Positions 60,101-64,000 of a stretch of 64,000 bases of DNA are shown piece by piece. Position 1 is the stretch's first letter, and the number at the start of each line of letters is the position of its first letter. The notes under the pieces were generated by a model. It ran no database searches. It had not been told where the DNA came from and saw only the letters and a list, made by a program, of their open reading frames with translations. This DNA is from Eledone cirrhosa (taxonomy: Eukaryota). A program made the translations under genes and the position numbers. Where the stretch lies: assembly GCA_964016885.1 (NCBI GenBank), contig OZ024743.1:174654001-174718000 (forward strand), read 5' to 3'.

Positions 60101-63100
60101 ATATAGGATGTAGGTAGTCTTTGATATACTGTACCTGTTATATGAGATATAGGAAGTCTTTGATATACTGTACCTGTTATATAGGATGTCGGTAGTCTTT
60201 GATATACTGTACCTGTTATATGAGATGTAGGAAGTCTTTGATATACTGTACCTGTTATATAGGATGTAGGTAGTCTTTGATATACTGTACCTGTTATATA
60301 GGATGTAGGTAGTCCTTGATATACTGTACCTGTTACATAGGATGTAGGTAGTCTTTGATCTACTGTACCTGTTATATAGGATGTAGGTAGTCTTTGATAT
60401 ACTGTACCTGTTATATAGGATGTAGGTAGTCTTTGATATACTGTACCTGTTATATGAGATATAGGAAGTCTTTGATATAATGTACCTGTTATATAGGATG
60501 TCGGTAGTCTTTGATATACTGTACCTGTTATATGAGATGTAGGAAGTCTTTGATATACTGTACCTGTTATATAGGATGTAGGTAGTCTTTGATATACTGT
60601 ACCTGTTATATAGGATGTCGGTAGTCTTTGATATACTGTACCTGTTATTTAGGGTGTAGGTAGTCTTTGATATACTGTACCTGTTATATAGGATGTAGGT
60701 AGTCTTTGATATACTGTACCTGTTATATAGGATGTAGGTAGTCTTTGATATACTGTACCTGTTATATAGGATGTAGGTAGTCTTTGATATACTGTACCTG
60801 TTACATTGGATGTAGGTATTCTTTGATATACTGTACCTGTTATATAGGATGTAGGTAGTCTTTGATATACTGTACTTGTTATATAGGATGTAGGTAGTCT
60901 TTGATATACTATACCTGTTATATAGGATGTAGTCTTTGATATACTGTACCTGTTATATAGGATGTAGGTAGTCTTTGATATACTGTACCTGTTATATGAG
61001 ATGTAGGAAGTCTTTGATATACTGTACTTGTTATATAGGATGTAGGTAGTCTTTGATATACTGTACCTGTTATATAGGATGTAGGTAGTCTTTGATATAC
61101 TGTACCTGTTATATAGGATGTAGGTAGTCTTTGATATACTGTACCTGTTATATAGGATGTAGGTAGTCTTTGATATACTGTACCTGTTATATGAGATGTA
61201 GGAAGTCTTTGATATACTGTACTTGTTATATAGGATGTAGGTAGTGTTTGATATACTGTACCTGTTATATAGGATGTAGGTAGTCTTTGATATACTGTAC
61301 CTGTTATATAGGATGTAGGTAGTCTTTGATATACTGTACCTGTTATATAGGATGTAGGTAGTCTTTGATATACTGTACCTGTTATATAGGATGTAGGTAG
61401 TCTTTGATATACTGTACCTGTTATATAGGATGTAGGTAGTCTTTGATATACTGTACCTGTTATATAGGATGTAGGTAGTGTTTGATATACTGTACCTGTT
61501 ATATAGGATGTAGGTAGTCTTTGATATACTGTACCTGTTATATAGGATGTAGGTAGTGTTTGATATACTGTACCTGTTATATAGGATGTAGGTAGTCTTT
61601 GATATACTGTACCTGTTATATAGGATGTAGGTAGTGTTTGATATACTGTACCTGTTATATAGGATGTAGGTAGTCTTTGATATACTGTACCTGTTATATG
61701 AGATGTAGGAAGTCTTTGATATACTGTACCTGTTATATGAGATGTAGGAAGTCTTTGATATGCTGTACCTGTTATATAGGATGTAGGTAGTGTTTGATAT
61801 ACTGTACCTGTTATATATGATGTAGGTAGTCTTTGATATACTGTACCTGTTACATAGGATGTATGTTGTCTTTGATATACTGTACCTGTTACATAGGATG
61901 TAGGTAGTCTTTGATATACTGTACCTGTTATATAGGATGTAGGTAGTCTTTGATATACTGTACCTTTTATATATGATGTAGGTAGTCTTTGATATACTGT
62001 ACCTGTTACACAGGATGTATGTAGTCTTTGATATACTGTACCTGTTATATAGGATGTAGGTAGTCCTTGATATACTGTACCTGTTACATAGGATGTAGGT
62101 AGTCTTTGATCTACTGTACCTGTTATATAGGATGTAGGTAGTCTTTGATATACTGTACCTGTTATATAGGATGTGGGTAGTGTTTGATATACTGTACCTG
62201 TTATATGAGATATAGGAAGTCTTTGATATACTGTACTTGTTATATAGGATGTCGGTAGTCTTTGATATACTGTACCTGTTATATGAGATGTAGGAAGTCT
62301 TTGGTATACTGTACCTGTTATATAGGATGTAGGTAGTCTTTGATATACTGTACCTGTTATATAGGATGTAGGTAGTCCTTGATATACTGTACCTGTTACA
62401 TAGGATGTAGGTAGTCTTTGATCTACTGTACCTGTTATATAGGATGTAGGTAGTCTTTGATATACTGTACCTGTTATATAGGATGTAGGTAGTCTTTGAT
62501 ATACTGTACCTGTTATATGAGATATAGGAAGTCTTTGATATACTGTACCTGTTATATAGGATGTCGGTAGTCTTTGATATACTGTACCTGTTATATGAGA
62601 TGTAGGAAGTCTTTGATATACTGTACCTGTTATATAGGATGTAGGTAGTCTTTGATATACTGTACCTGTTATATAGGATGTCGGTAGTCTTTGATATACT
62701 GTACCCGTTATATAGGATGTAGGTAGTCTTTGATATACTGTACCTGTTATATAGGATGTAGGTAGTCTTTGATATACTGTACCTGTTATATAGGATGTAG
62801 GTAGTCTTTGATATACTGTACCTGTTATATAGGATGTAGGTAGTCTTTGATATACTGTACCTGTTACATTGGATGTAGGTATTCTTTGATATACTGTACC
62901 TGTTATATAGGATGTAGGTAGTCTTTGATATACTGTACTTGTTATATAGGATGTAGGTAGTCTTTGATATACTATACCTGTTATATAGGATGTAGTCTTT
63001 GATATACTGTACCTGTTATATAGGATGTAGGTAGTCTTTGATATACTGTACCTGTTATATGAGATGTAGGAAGTCTTTGATATACTGTACTTGTTATATA

Positions 63101-64000
63101 GGATGTAGGTAGTGTTTGATATACTGTACCTGTTATATAGGATGTAGGTAGTCTTTGATATACTGTACCTGTTATATAGGATGTAGGTAGTCTTTGATAT
63201 ACTGTACCTGTTATATAGGATGTAGGTAGTCTTTGATATACTGTACCTGTTATATGAGATATAGGAAGTCTTTGATATACTGTACCTGTTATATAGGATG
63301 TCGGTAGTCTTTGATATACTGTACCTGTTATATGAGATGTAGGAAGTCTTTGATATACTGTACCTGTTATATAGGATGTAGGTAGTCTTTGATATACTGT
63401 ACCTGTTATATAGGATGTAGGTAGTCCTTGATATACTGTACCTGTTACATAGGATGTAGGTAGTCTTTGATCTACTGTACCTGTTATATAGGATGTAGGT
63501 AGTCTTTGATATACTGTACCTGTTATATAGGATGTAGGTAGTCTTTGATATACTGTACCTGTTATATGAGATATAGGAAGTCTTTGATATACTGTACCTG
63601 TTATATAGGATGTCGGTAGTCTTTGATATACTGTACCTGTTATATGAGATGTAGGAAGTCTTTGATATACTGTACCTCTTATATAGGATGTAGGTAGTCT
63701 TTGATATACTGTACCTGTTATATAGGATGTCGGTAGTCTTTGATATACTGTACCTGTTATTTAGGATGTAGGTAGTCTTTGATATACTGTACCTGTTATA
63801 TAGGATGTAGGTAGTGTTTGATATACTGTACCTGTTATATAGGATGTAGGTAGTCTTTGATATACTGTACCTGTTATATAGGATGTAGGTAGTCTTTGAT
63901 ATACTGTACCTGTTACATTGGATGTAGGTATTCTTTGATATACTGTACCTGTTATATAGGATGTAGGTAGTCTTTGATATACTGTACTTGTTATATAGGA

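Larger units (their letters stand above)
38321..63150 (+). repeat. ~24.8-kb super-repeat, copy 2 (domains B'+C')
   Basis: Same markers as copy 1. The identical 339, 313, 287 and 512 aa ORF translations recur at 38679, 40585, 44865 and 46765. The last matched variant is 38317/63114. Confidence 0.93.
1..64000 (+). repeat. 39-bp tandem satellite array, ~1,640 head-to-tail copies, consensus GATATACTGTACCTGTTATATAGGATGTAGGTAGTCTTT
   Basis: Bases 1-39 recur at 40, 79, 118 and so on to the end of the window. Most monomers match the consensus or differ at 1-4 positions. No inversion or non-repeat insertion seen. Consensus composition is A10 C4 G9 T16. Confidence 0.99.

Noticed and set aside
1-64000. 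CRISPR array (39 bp is within the direct-repeat size range)
   Set aside because: Monomers abut directly with no unique spacers, no leader and no cas genes.
1-64000. Telomerase-synthesised telomeric repeat (G/T-rich strand with TAGG motifs resembling TTAGG)
   Set aside because: Variants are inherited in kb-scale ordered blocks, which indicates recombination or replication-based copying, not re-synthesis from a short RNA template. The consensus lacks TTAGG. A subtelomeric or recombination-maintained terminal location is still possible but unsupported here.
1-64000. Pure sequencing or assembly artefact (rolling-circle concatemer or collapsed repeat)
   Set aside because: Variants recur in precise, hierarchically nested contexts at many different periods, which random error or a single circular template would not produce. 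Copy number of individual blocks still needs read-level validation.
1-64000. Variant order as a functional information code or diversity-generating cassette system
   Set aside because: The order is explained by nested duplications and deletions. No recombinase, reverse transcriptase, expression site or unique flanking sequence is present to support a programmed system.
1-64000. Embedded transposon, inversion or G-quadruplex tract
   Set aside because: No break in the 39-bp phase beyond the 35/38/40-bp monomers, no reverse-orientation monomers seen, and the consensus has only two GG runs per 39 bp with no GGG.

Overview
The entire 64 kb window is one uninterrupted, single-orientation tandem array of a 39-bp AT-rich monomer (consensus GATATACTGTACCTGTTATATAGGATGTAGGTAGTCTTT, 13/39 GC, no CpG), about 1,640 copies, running off both edges. 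I see no unique sequence, gene, RNA gene, transposon or CRISPR spacer. The long minus-strand ORFs arise because 39 is a multiple of 3 and two minus-strand frames of the consensus have no stop codon. The real information is in the ordered pattern of monomer variants (numbered below by consensus position 1-39). These reveal nested higher-order repeats (HORs) of 8, 16, 22, 28, 43/47, 55, 63, 66 and 107/123 monomers, three variant-defined domains arranged A-B-C-B'-C', and a recent ~25 kb tandem duplication (~12.7-38.3 kb and ~38.3-63.15 kb) whose copies have since diverged. It is most likely a eukaryotic satellite (centromeric, pericentromeric or subtelomeric); the organism and function cannot be determined from the sequence alone. 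I found no evidence of a novel protein-coding system. Offsets were read by hand from diagnostic variants, and block boundaries are approximate (about 1-2 monomers).
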